In this document: piece by piece, positions 56,009 through 64,000 of the stretch
Layout of the letters: every line of letters begins with the position of its first letter
Numbering within the stretch: the first letter of the stretch is position 1
Source of the DNA: an uncultured Gammaproteobacteria bacterium
GTDB taxonomy: Bacteria > Patescibacteriota > Microgenomatia > UBA1406
DNA length: 64,000 bases
Direction: 5' to 3'
Assembly: GCA_964414145.1 (NCBI GenBank)
Contig: CAYPVH010000007.1
Coordinates: forward strand, 28,640-92,639
The notes under the pieces: model-generated
Told to the model about the DNA's origin: nothing
The model's input: only the letters and a program-made list of their open reading frames with translations
The model's database searches: none
Program-made: the position numbers and the translations under genes

Positions 56009-56919
56009 TAGGGATTAGAATAACTTAAGCCACTATTGATTACATTAATTAACTGAATTGCGTCGTTAAACCTATCCGAACTTTTAAGGAGAATAATTAT
56101 TATTGGTTTATTTTTATATCGATAAAAAGAGATTAAATTTTGACCTGCTTGCTCTGTAGTTCCGGTTTTTAACCCGCCAATGTGAGCAATTTCGCCAAGT
56201 AATTGATTACTACTATAGAGGTGGTGAAAATACTGGAAGTCTTCGTCGGAAACTGTTATTGATTTAGTTGATGTTATGTTCAGAAGAATTTTATGTTTTA
56301 TAAATTCTCTTGAAAGGAGCGCTAGGTCTTTTGCTGTTGTATATTGGTTTGAGTTATCGAAACCAATAGAATTAGTAAAAAAAGTGTTTTTCATACCAAT
56401 TTTTTTGGCCAAGTTATTCATTGCTTTAATAAATGCCACTTCACCTTCCGGATAGTTTTCAGCAAGGGTGTATGCTGCGTCGTTAGCCGAATAAACCAGT
56501 GTGCCATAAAGAAGGCTTAAAGCACTGATTTTTTCATTTTTAACCAAGCCCATTTTCGACTCTTCATTTATCACTTTATTGACGGTTAATACTTTGTCTA
56601 GAGAGTAGGTATTGTAGGCAACTAAAGCTGTTGCCAGTTTTACGGTTGACGCTGGAAACATCCTTTTATTTATGTTTTTACTGATTATTGGAGTAAATGA
56701 ATTCAAGTCGAGCACTAAATAAGATTCTGCAGTAATAAAGGGTAAATTTGTTGAATTAAGAAATGGAATTGGATGTGGTTTGAAGTTAAAGGCAGGTTCT
56801 TCGATATATGCCTCTGTTTTTTCGTTGGGTAAGCCTAAAATATTATTGTTTCCGGAGTAGTAAATAAAGAATAAACAACAAAATAAAAAAAGGGAAATTT
56901 TAACCGTTATTTTTTTCAT
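56005..56919 (-). CDS. D-alanyl-D-alanine carboxypeptidase (peptidase S11, PBP5-like)
   Basis: PASTVKLATAL (SxxK), YSANDAA (SxN) and GLKTGTT (KTG) motifs. Confidence 0.85.
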   Translation of the reverse strand: MKKITVKISLFLFCCLFFIYYSGNNNILGLPNEKTEAYIEEPAFNFKPHPIPFLNSTNLPFITAESYLVLDLNSFTPIISKNINKRMFPASTVKLATALVAYNTYSLDKVLTVNKVINEESKMGLVKNEKISALSLLYGTLVYSANDAAYTLAENYPEGEVAFIKAMNNLAKKIGMKNTFFTNSIGFDNSNQYTTAKDLALLSREFIKHKILLNITSTKSITVSDEDFQYFHHLYSSNQLLGEIAHIGGLKTGTTEQAGQNLISFYRYKNKPIIIILLKSSDRFNDAIQLINVINSGLSYSNPY

Positions 56920-58309
56920 TTACAGTTTTGATTCCGAGTTCTTGTAATTGTTCGCTTTCTGCTTTTGATGGTGCGTTCATAACAGAAGTACTACCACTGC
57001 TACTGGCTGGGAAAGCAATAACCTCACGTAGTGAGGGTTCACCAAGAACTGCAAAGAGAAGCCGGTCAATTCCGGGAGCTATGCCTCCATGAGGAGGAAC
57101 ACCAAAGGCAAAGGCTTCTAGCATATGGTTAAATTGTTGTTTTTGGTTTTTAGTAAAGCCTATCAAATCAAAAACGGTATTTTGTATTTCGGATTTATGA
57201 ATTCTAATACTGCCACCACCAACTTCAAAACCGTTTAAAACCAAGTCGTGCTGAAGACCCCTAACTTTTTCGGGGTGGGTTTTAAGTAATGGTATATCTT
57301 CCTCTTTTGGAGCGGTAAACATATGATGTGAAGGGGCAAAAGTAGCATTGCCTGAGCCGTGAAAATAATCTTCTTTGGATTGTTTGGTAAACAGGGGAAA
57401 GTCTAGTACCCACGTGAATGCTAATTCGTCTTTGTTATTTTTGTCTTTTCGTAAATCTGGCCTGTCTGAACCATACTTTGTTGTAGCTTCTTTGTGAGTA
57501 AGCCTGGGCCAAGGGGTTTGAGATAATTTTTTGTGAGGAAATATTTTTTTAATAAGTTGTGTGAATAGATCTTCGGTAAGATTTAAAATATCTTCCTGGG
57601 TAACAAAAGACATTTCTATATCAAGTTGAGTAAATTCGCCATAAGCGCGGTCTCGTCTTGAGTCTTCGTCTCTAAAACAACGAGCAATTTGGAAATAGCG
57701 CTCAATGCCGGCAACCATGAGTAGCTGTTTATATTGTTGGGGAGATTGAGGTAATGCATAAAAATTTCCAGGCTGGAGTCTGGAAGGAACCAAAAAGTCG
57801 CGCGCACCTTCGGGTGTTGTTTTTGTAAGAATGGGCGTTTCTACTTCAATAAACTTATTTTCTTTTAAGTAATTTCTAATAAATTGTAATGTTTCAAAAC
57901 GAAAAGTTAAATTTTTCAGCATTCTTTCTCTTCTTAAATCCAGATAGCGATACTTTAAACGAAGCTCTTCATCTATTTGTAGTCCATCAGTATCTATGGG
58001 GAAAATCGGAGTTTTTGCAATTGAAATAACTTCAATCTTTTTGGCTTCTGCTTCTATATGACCGTTAATTACTTTTTTGTTAATATTTCTTTCATTCCTA
58101 TTTTTTATCAGTGCAGTTATTGACACAACCGACTCATTAACAATATGATCTAGTTCTCTATTACCAACTATTTGCACAGTGGCAGTGTGATCTCTTAAAT
58201 CAAGAAATGTGATTTTACCATGACTTCTTTTATTACTAACCCAGCCCATAAGTTCAACTTCTTTACCAATATGTGTCGACAGATCACTAAAAAATATTTT
58301 TTTTGTCAT
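56900..58309 (-). CDS. aspS: Aspartyl-tRNA synthetase, bacterial-type core lacking the GAD insertion domain
   Basis: OB-fold N-terminus, QSPQQYKQLLM, FRDEDSRRDR..EFTQLDIEMSF (motif 2) and GGGSIRIH..GIAPGIDRL (motif 3). YGSDRPDLR is followed almost directly by WVLDFPLF. Confidence 0.9.
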   Translation of the reverse strand: MTKKIFFSDLSTHIGKEVELMGWVSNKRSHGKITFLDLRDHTATVQIVGNRELDHIVNESVVSITALIKNRNERNINKKVINGHIEAEAKKIEVISIAKTPIFPIDTDGLQIDEELRLKYRYLDLRRERMLKNLTFRFETLQFIRNYLKENKFIEVETPILTKTTPEGARDFLVPSRLQPGNFYALPQSPQQYKQLLMVAGIERYFQIARCFRDEDSRRDRAYGEFTQLDIEMSFVTQEDILNLTEDLFTQLIKKIFPHKKLSQTPWPRLTHKEATTKYGSDRPDLRKDKNNKDELAFTWVLDFPLFTKQSKEDYFHGSGNATFAPSHHMFTAPKEEDIPLLKTHPEKVRGLQHDLVLNGFEVGGGSIRIHKSEIQNTVFDLIGFTKNQKQQFNHMLEAFAFGVPPHGGIAPGIDRLLFAVLGEPSLREVIAFPASSSGSTSVMNAPSKAESEQLQELGIKTVNEKNNG

Positions 58310-60447
58310 TTGTATTCAAATAAATAATTATTATTATTTTGGTAAATTGGTTTTCCTATTTTATAAAATTTATCTATCTTAAGCGAGCTGTATTTATCTT
58401 TTTCTAGGTTTGTAATAATAATGTATTTTATATTGTACTTATCTAGTATTTTTTTGATTTTTTTCAGTTTAGACATGGGGGACTCGTATACAAAGCGAAC
58501 TTCCTCAGCTCGTTTGTTAACCAAATCTATTGAGCCTCGCCACAACCATTCATGAACCGGCCAGCCAACTACAGTAGCAACACCGGTATGGGCCGAAATA
58601 ATGTTATAGTCTGTATAGGAATTTCCATGTGCCTCTAGAATAGAAAAATTATTGTCTGTTTGTTTTTTTATCTTGATAATTTCAATTATTTCTGAAATTT
58701 GCGGGTAGCTATTTTTAATCCAAGCACTTCCGTCTAGAGATTTGAAGCTTCCATTGAAATAAGATGGTACGGCAATAAAGGGATATAAGAGTACAAAAAA
58801 TAGACTCGGAAAAATAACTAAAATATAGATAATTCTTTTTATACTGATTTTTTTTGTGTTTGCCAGTATAAATGTGATAACCACACCGGAAAGCAGAGAC
58901 ATAATAATAAAAGCTTGATATCCTAACTTGAACATTGTGTTTGCTCTAAAGTGGGCAGGATAAATATCTTTAAAATAGAAAAACTCGGCAAAAAGCGTTA
59001 GTAATATTGATTCTACAAACAGAAAGAAAATAAAGTAAAAGATTTTATCTTTTGTATTTGGAAATTTCCTTTTATTAAAAAAGATAAAAATAAGAAAAGC
59101 AATAAAGTTAAACCAAAATAATCCCCATAAGACAAATAACATCCACAAAGGCGTAGTCTGACATTTACCAGCCTCGAAAATAAATGGACCTAATTTGCCA
59201 ATACTTGTTAAAAAATTTGGAGCACAGTTTACCCCGATGGTACTCGCAAAAGGTTTAAAGTTAACTGAAAACGGTAAAGTTAATAAAAGAGAACTTAAGA
59301 TTATGAATGGATAAGTAATGAATATTTTAATAATTTTTTCGAATTTGATTACCAAAATAAATAAAAATAAAGATCCATATATTAGAAAGTCGGTGGAGTT
59401 TGTCATGTATGTGATAGACAGAAAAAGGGAACACAGAATAAGAATGATCTTATCTATTATTTTATTCTGATTTATTACCAATACTAAAAATAATGCTATT
59501 AACATTAAAACAAAAATTATATCTAGAACGTGTCCATGCAAGTCTGAAACAACATAGGAATATGAAGGGAATTCGTGGATTGTAAAAGGAATAAAGCGAG
59601 TAGCATTAGGATACCAATAGTCCTTGAGGTTGAATGATGAAAGAATTTTCCAGAAGGGGATTGGTTGTTCTGCCGGATAGCCTTTAGTGAAAATGTATAT
59701 GGTATGCAAGTTACCACCCAGATTGACCAGGACAGCTGAAAGTATTCCGGCAACAGTGGGTTTAAACCATTGCAACTTTTCTTTTACCTGCCCAAATTTA
59801 TTTCTTAAATATATATAAATGTTGTAACCCAGCGAAAAACTCATTGTCATGGAAGAGGCAAAAATAGTGGTCAGCATTAAGTTATAACTTATGCTGGGGG
59901 AAATAGAGTTTATTTTAATCATGAAAGCAGTAATAAAGTGGCCAAAATAATAGTAGTTAATTGAAAAAAAGTTGTTTTGAGTAGAGGCAAACCAGTGATC
60001 TTGTGGAGGCAAAAAACGGCTATTAAGTATGCTATTGATAAAACCAAAATCCATAAATTTTTCTAAACTTCTTATTGTTGGATCAATCCCTTTTAAATAA
60101 GTCCAGAAAGCTAATAAAACAAAGAAGCAGATTTCATATACGACGAGCAGTTTAATATTGGGTGATTTTGGCGTAAATTTTTTTTTAATAAAATAATTAA
60201 AAATTAACCATAAAAAAAGTAATGCAAAAATAGATAACTGGGTAAAAGGTAGCACCTTGAAGCTAGAAAGCAGAAACATAACGTAACCGACAACACCAAG
60301 GCTTATGATTCTAAAAAAGGGATAACCCCGATCTTTAAAGCTTGAAAAAATGAGAGAACCAACTGGAAGCGAAGCAATAGACAATACAAGCGTGCCTAAA
60401 TACCAAATCAATACAACAACTCCCCAGTATAGAAAACTGTTATCCAT
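58306..60447 (-). CDS. DUF2298 (Chlor_Arch_YYY) large polytopic membrane protein, GT-C-like
   Basis: INYYYFGHFITAF (YYY motif), HEFPSYSYVVSDLHGHV and WPVHEWLWRGS motifs; about 20 TM helices. Confidence 0.75.
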   Translation of the reverse strand: MDNSFLYWGVVVLIWYLGTLVLSIASLPVGSLIFSSFKDRGYPFFRIISLGVVGYVMFLLSSFKVLPFTQLSIFALLFLWLIFNYFIKKKFTPKSPNIKLLVVYEICFFVLLAFWTYLKGIDPTIRSLEKFMDFGFINSILNSRFLPPQDHWFASTQNNFFSINYYYFGHFITAFMIKINSISPSISYNLMLTTIFASSMTMSFSLGYNIYIYLRNKFGQVKEKLQWFKPTVAGILSAVLVNLGGNLHTIYIFTKGYPAEQPIPFWKILSSFNLKDYWYPNATRFIPFTIHEFPSYSYVVSDLHGHVLDIIFVLMLIALFLVLVINQNKIIDKIILILCSLFLSITYMTNSTDFLIYGSLFLFILVIKFEKIIKIFITYPFIILSSLLLTLPFSVNFKPFASTIGVNCAPNFLTSIGKLGPFIFEAGKCQTTPLWMLFVLWGLFWFNFIAFLIFIFFNKRKFPNTKDKIFYFIFFLFVESILLTLFAEFFYFKDIYPAHFRANTMFKLGYQAFIIMSLLSGVVITFILANTKKISIKRIIYILVIFPSLFFVLLYPFIAVPSYFNGSFKSLDGSAWIKNSYPQISEIIEIIKIKKQTDNNFSILEAHGNSYTDYNIISAHTGVATVVGWPVHEWLWRGSIDLVNKRAEEVRFVYESPMSKLKKIKKILDKYNIKYIIITNLEKDKYSSLKIDKFYKIGKPIYQNNNNYLFEYK

Positions 60448-60508
60448 GTTGTTTATTATATTACTAATAAATGTAGAATAAGTACAAATAGAGAAAGGAT
60501 AATTTTAA

Positions 60509-60514
60509 TATAAT
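60509..60514 (+). promoter_or_regulatory. -10 hexamer TATAAT, 6 nt upstream of ATG 60521
   Basis: TATAAT-taattt-ATG read directly. Confidence 0.45.
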
Positions 60515-60520
60515 TAATTT

Positions 60521-61531
60521 ATGAAAATCTGGATAAAGGGACTTGCCGAAGATGACTTATCAAAAATAAGAGGAATTGGTAGTTATGTGGATATGGCTAA
60601 AGAAGCCATAGAAAGATATGGGGAAAAATATAATTTATTTTTAGACCAAAAAGAGTCCAAAACAATTATTCAACCGGGATTTTCACCTTACCAAAGACTT
60701 AGTTATGAAAATGGGATTCATAACATAGTTGTGATTCATGACCTTATTCCAATAAAATTTCCCAAAGAATTCAAAGCTGGGCTGAAAGGTTATGTAATAA
60801 ATTTGCTAAACCGTTTTCAACTAAAGAAATATAAGGGAGTAATTACCGATTCAGAAACAGTTAAACAGGAACTAATAGAATACTTCAAGTTTCCACCTAA
60901 TAAAGTTGAAGTGGTATACCCGGCAGCAAAACGTGTTTTTGAAACCAAGCAATACTTGAAAGATAATATTACTGGTCACTTGTTACCAAAAAAGTATCTT
61001 CTTTATGTTGGTGATGTAACATGGAATAAGAATTTAATGAAAATAGCCAATGCCGTAATAAGAGCAAAACTAGAATTAGTGCTAGTCGGGAAGGCATTAC
61101 AAAACAGCAGAGTTAACAATAATATCTGGCTTAAATCTTTTAATGAATTTAAATCAATTACTAAAAATAAACCCAATTTTCATTTTCTTGGGTTTATTAC
61201 CGATCTTGAATTGGCAAAAATCTATAAACAAGCTGTAGCTTTGTTATTACCATCTATAGATGAAGGCTTTGGTTTGCCGTGGCTAGAGGCATCTTATTAC
61301 GAAACAGTATCTATTGTTTCAAATATTCCTATTTTTAAAGAAATAACTAAAGGTGGGGCGATTTATGTTAATCCAACAAGTGAAAGTAGTATTGTTCGGG
61401 CTATAGAAAGCGTTTGGCAAGATAATACTCTAAACAATATACGAAAAAAGCAAAAAGCAGCAATTAAATACTACTCACAAGAAGAGTTTTGTAAAAGTTT
61501 AAAACAGGCAATATTAAAATTAATTAATTAA
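60521..61531 (+). CDS. GT4-family (GT-B) glycosyltransferase
   Basis: C-terminal LLLPSIDEGFGLPWLEAS (E-x7-E) motif. Confidence 0.8.
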   Translation: MKIWIKGLAEDDLSKIRGIGSYVDMAKEAIERYGEKYNLFLDQKESKTIIQPGFSPYQRLSYENGIHNIVVIHDLIPIKFPKEFKAGLKGYVINLLNRFQLKKYKGVITDSETVKQELIEYFKFPPNKVEVVYPAAKRVFETKQYLKDNITGHLLPKKYLLYVGDVTWNKNLMKIANAVIRAKLELVLVGKALQNSRVNNNIWLKSFNEFKSITKNKPNFHFLGFITDLELAKIYKQAVALLLPSIDEGFGLPWLEASYYETVSIVSNIPIFKEITKGGAIYVNPTSESSIVRAIESVWQDNTLNNIRKKQKAAIKYYSQEEFCKSLKQAILKLIN

Positions 61532-61573
61532 TAAAAAACAAATAAAAAAAGAGAATATCGATATTAATTTTGC

Positions 61574-61579
61574 TATAGT
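61574..61579 (+). promoter_or_regulatory. -10 hexamer TATAGT, 6 nt upstream of ATG 61586
   Basis: TATAGT-gtaagt-ATG read directly. Confidence 0.4.
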
Positions 61580-61585
61580 GTAAGT

Positions 61586-63610
61586 ATGATCTCTATTCCT
61601 TTTTTAACAAAAAAAGAAGAAAAAAGTGAGGGTTATGTTTTAATGCTTTTTTTAGCTGGTGATAAAGTTCATGGTTTTGCTTTTGAAGAGGCAGATATGA
61701 ACAATAGAACGGCACTATATACTGCCCATATAGATCCTTTTTTAGATGACGCTATAGATAAAATCGAAAAGATTATTTTTGATTGTGAAAAGGACTTGGG
61801 TAAAGATATCTATTTAGTAAATACGGCACTTTTGTTGAACTCGTTATATATTAACGATGCCGGATCGGTTAGGGATGACTTTATTCAGAAAATAAAGAAA
61901 ATATTTAAAACACTTGACTTAAATAATCTTGGATACATAAATTTCTGCGAGGCAGTAACATTTGGTTTAAATAAGAAAAATTTTACCTTCGTTGAAGAAA
62001 CAATTTACGACTTTATTATTTATGAAATAGTTAATAATACAGTAAAAAACACCAAAAAAATTGCTAAAACGCAAAATGAGAGTGATAGTACCAGTGAGTT
62101 ACATAAAGCACTAGCTGAATATGATGAAATAGTATATTTTATTGGTAGTAATGAATTTAGGAAAAATACAACTTTAAAAGGTGACTTTATTGAAACCGAT
62201 CAACTAAGAGAAATTTTTATCGAAATATACAAAAAAAACAAGTGCGATGATAATCAAGATAATGTAACAATTACTGATGAAAATAATAAAACTATTAAAG
62301 AGAACACTGAGACTAATGAATCAAATAATGATAGTGTTTTTGCTGCGCTGCCAGTTATGCCTGGGTTTAGTGCAGAAGCGAGTCAAGATTTGAAGTCGAC
62401 CTACGCATTTGAAGAAACCAACGTCACGAAAACGAACATTAACTTGGTTGGCAATCTTAAAAAGTTTATTAGCAGAATAAAATTTCCATCTATAGCCTTG
62501 TTTTCAAAAAAACCAGCAAACATACTTCTACTGCTTCCGGTGCTAATATTAATCATTCCAGTTTATTTGTTGTTATTTCATCGATCAGATATTACCATAA
62601 CAACCAAGAAAGAGAATTTCTCTTCCGAAACGAATTTTGTTGTAAGTAAAGACAAAAATTATGTTGGTATTTTTACAGATAGTGTTGATGTTAAAGTTTC
62701 AGCAAATACTACCGGAGAAAAAGAAGTAGGCGAAAAAGCAGAAGGTGAAATAAGTTTATACAATGGCACTTTTAAAGCACAAGAAATAGTGCAAGATACA
62801 CGTCTTACAACAGGTAATGGAGTAACTTTTATAATAACAGAGACTACTACCATACCCGCAGCTACTACTTCGGCTAATCTAGATGAGGGAGTGGTTACCA
62901 AATCATTTGGCAAAAAAAATAGTAAAGTTAAAGCACTGGCAATTGGAGCCGATGGAAATATTGATGATGGTGTTAAGCTGACTATAGCCGAGTTAGATGA
63001 AGATGAGATCTATGCTTTGGCTGTGGCGAATTTTAAGGGAGGCTATAAAAAAACAGTTAGTGTTTTTTCAGACGAAGACAAGGCAGATCTTGAAGAAAAA
63101 GCCGAGGCACAAGCTAAAAAAAAGTTATTGCAACTTTTTGCTGACAAAAATGGCACAGACAGTATATTATTAACAGATACTTTTGAAATTAATGAAGGAA
63201 GTAGAAAATACTCAGTTGATGAGGGTGAAGAAGCAGACAGGGCTGATATTTCTATTCAAGGGAAGGCAACAGCACTTTATATAGAAAAAGCTGAGCTGGA
63301 AAAAAAAGTACAGAATGAAGAACTAAAGGAAAAGCAGTTTGTTGATGGCACTTTTCAATTAACAGATATAAAGTTAGCAAGCAATAAACCTGGCACTTAT
63401 AATTATCGGGCAATTGTAAATGGAAAGGTACAAAACTTTATTGATAAGGATGAGCTCAAACAAAAAATATCTGGTAAATTTAAGGGAACTGCAAGTGATT
63501 TATTAAAAGAAGAAAGAAATATTATTAATTTTGATATTAAAACTAAGCCAATATCTTTACCTATTATTCCCTTTAATTCTAAGTTTATTAATTTTATTTT
63601 TGAGCGATAG
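61586..63610 (+). CDS. Bitopic hypothetical protein (cytoplasmic N-domain, TM helix, extracellular beta-rich domain)
   Basis: TM segment ILLLLPVLILIIPVYLLLF near aa 310. The extracellular block TGEKEVGEKAEGEISLYNGTF..TRLTTGNGVTFII..TIPAA resembles CPR proteins I recall being annotated as baseplate-J-like (from memory, unverified). Confidence 0.5.
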   Translation: MISIPFLTKKEEKSEGYVLMLFLAGDKVHGFAFEEADMNNRTALYTAHIDPFLDDAIDKIEKIIFDCEKDLGKDIYLVNTALLLNSLYINDAGSVRDDFIQKIKKIFKTLDLNNLGYINFCEAVTFGLNKKNFTFVEETIYDFIIYEIVNNTVKNTKKIAKTQNESDSTSELHKALAEYDEIVYFIGSNEFRKNTTLKGDFIETDQLREIFIEIYKKNKCDDNQDNVTITDENNKTIKENTETNESNNDSVFAALPVMPGFSAEASQDLKSTYAFEETNVTKTNINLVGNLKKFISRIKFPSIALFSKKPANILLLLPVLILIIPVYLLLFHRSDITITTKKENFSSETNFVVSKDKNYVGIFTDSVDVKVSANTTGEKEVGEKAEGEISLYNGTFKAQEIVQDTRLTTGNGVTFIITETTTIPAATTSANLDEGVVTKSFGKKNSKVKALAIGADGNIDDGVKLTIAELDEDEIYALAVANFKGGYKKTVSVFSDEDKADLEEKAEAQAKKKLLQLFADKNGTDSILLTDTFEINEGSRKYSVDEGEEADRADISIQGKATALYIEKAELEKKVQNEELKEKQFVDGTFQLTDIKLASNKPGTYNYRAIVNGKVQNFIDKDELKQKISGKFKGTASDLLKEERNIINFDIKTKPISLPIIPFNSKFINFIFER

Positions 63611-63612
63611 TT

Positions 63613-64000
63613 ATGAGGTATGTCTACATCAAAAAACATAAAAAGAAAAAAAGACATCCTTACTTGGTAGTATTTTCTACAGTTTTTTTAATGGTTGGAA
63701 CAATTTCGTTGCTGTGGTCGTTTTATCCTATAGTAGCATATAATGTAAGTAGTCGATTCATTAGTCGAAAAAGTGTTAGTCCGGTTCCATCATCATCATT
63801 GGCTTCATCGCTAAAAAAGGGTCTTACGGTTTATAATGATAAAAGTGCTCCGTACTATTCCAGTTATTTGAAGGATTTTACTAAAGTAGCCGACTGGTTT
63901 CCAGAAAAGCCCCAAAGGTTAACAAGAAAAACAAATATTTCAAAGTACTTTATTACCATTCCTAAACTAGGAATTGTTAACGAAATGGTAAAAGTAGGAG
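63613..64000 (+). CDS. Probable sortase, N-terminal part (runs off the window)
   Basis: Not in the track. MRYVYIKKHKKKKRHPYLVVFSTVFLMVGTISLLWSF (basic N-terminus plus TM helix) then ...YFITIPKLGIVNEMVKVG. This resembles a sortase beta-1 start, but the catalytic motifs lie outside the window. Confidence 0.5.
   Translation, partial: MRYVYIKKHKKKKRHPYLVVFSTVFLMVGTISLLWSFYPIVAYNVSSRFISRKSVSPVPSSSLASSLKKGLTVYNDKSAPYYSSYLKDFTKVADWFPEKPQRLTRKTNISKYFITIPKLGIVNEMVKVG

Noticed and set aside
58306-60447. An STT3/PglB/AglB-type oligosaccharyltransferase among the large GT-C proteins
   Set aside because: No WWDYG or DxD/MxxI-type OST motifs are seen in this or any other GT-C candidate. The YYY motif and the HE..WR block point instead to the DUF2298 family.
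1-64000. Alternative genetic code (UGA recoding, as in some CPR lineages)
   Set aside because: RF2, which reads UGA, is present with intact SPF and GGQ motifs. Conserved genes terminate at TGA at the expected protein length (for example rpmH at 52562-52564). The track ORFs are full length under code 11.
1-64000. CRISPR arrays, IS elements, integrases, prophage or toxin-antitoxin modules
   Set aside because: I found no regularly spaced direct repeats, no transposase, integrase or recombinase-like ORF, and no terminal inverted repeats flanking any block. The only holin-family hit (43132..43464) is the widespread DUF360 housekeeping type, with no lysin or phage genes nearby.

Overview
AT-rich, very gene-dense 64-kb bacterial fragment: about 66 protein genes and 3 tRNAs, with no rRNA, CRISPR array, transposase or integrase that I can recognise. 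All functions are assigned from motifs read in the translations; no database search was possible. The gene content fits a Patescibacteria/CPR (Microgenomates-like) genome using the standard code: minimal aaRSs, fused t6A genes, a type IV pilin, a sortase, lamin-tail-domain and many GT-C envelope proteins, and almost no metabolism. RF2 is present and TGA is used as a stop. The taxonomic call is inference only. Layout: (i) 1-20.6 kb is a glycosylation supercluster. It holds eight GT-C membrane glycosyltransferase paralogs interleaved with three polyprenyl-phosphate-sugar synthase-type GT2s, a cytoplasmic GT2 and a Wzx flippase. It is followed by one operon, rmlA-rmlB-rmlD-ugd-uxs-(GT2::GtrA). 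(ii) 20.6-34.5 kb holds envelope and division genes: CAP, VanZ, LTD, a coiled-coil M23 peptidase, ftsX, ftsE, prfB, a bitopic LytR_C protein, another Pol-P-sugar GT2, tRNA-CAU and secreted proteins. (iii) 34.5-41.6 kb is an accessory-looking block after tRNA-Pro: an orphan protein, a hydrolase, a methyltransferase, EamA, an APH-like kinase, a PRTase and an MFS transporter. (iv) 41.7-64 kb mixes housekeeping genes (tsaD, tsaC::tsaE, valS, rpmH, era, gltX, aspS) with envelope genes (UgtP-like GT, Cys-rich pilin, ATP-cone/Mrr nuclease, DD-carboxypeptidase, DUF2298 YYY protein, GT4, sortase). Best candidate for an undescribed system: the GT-C/Pol-P-sugar array coupled to a UDP-xylose branch, a possible lipid-linked pentose/hexose extracytoplasmic glycosylation machine. 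Thr/Pro-rich secreted proteins in the same window are plausible acceptors. Other notable signals are a recurrent TATAAT-N6/7-ATG (leaderless) architecture, an apparently circularly permuted M23 domain, and a TsaC::TsaE fusion.
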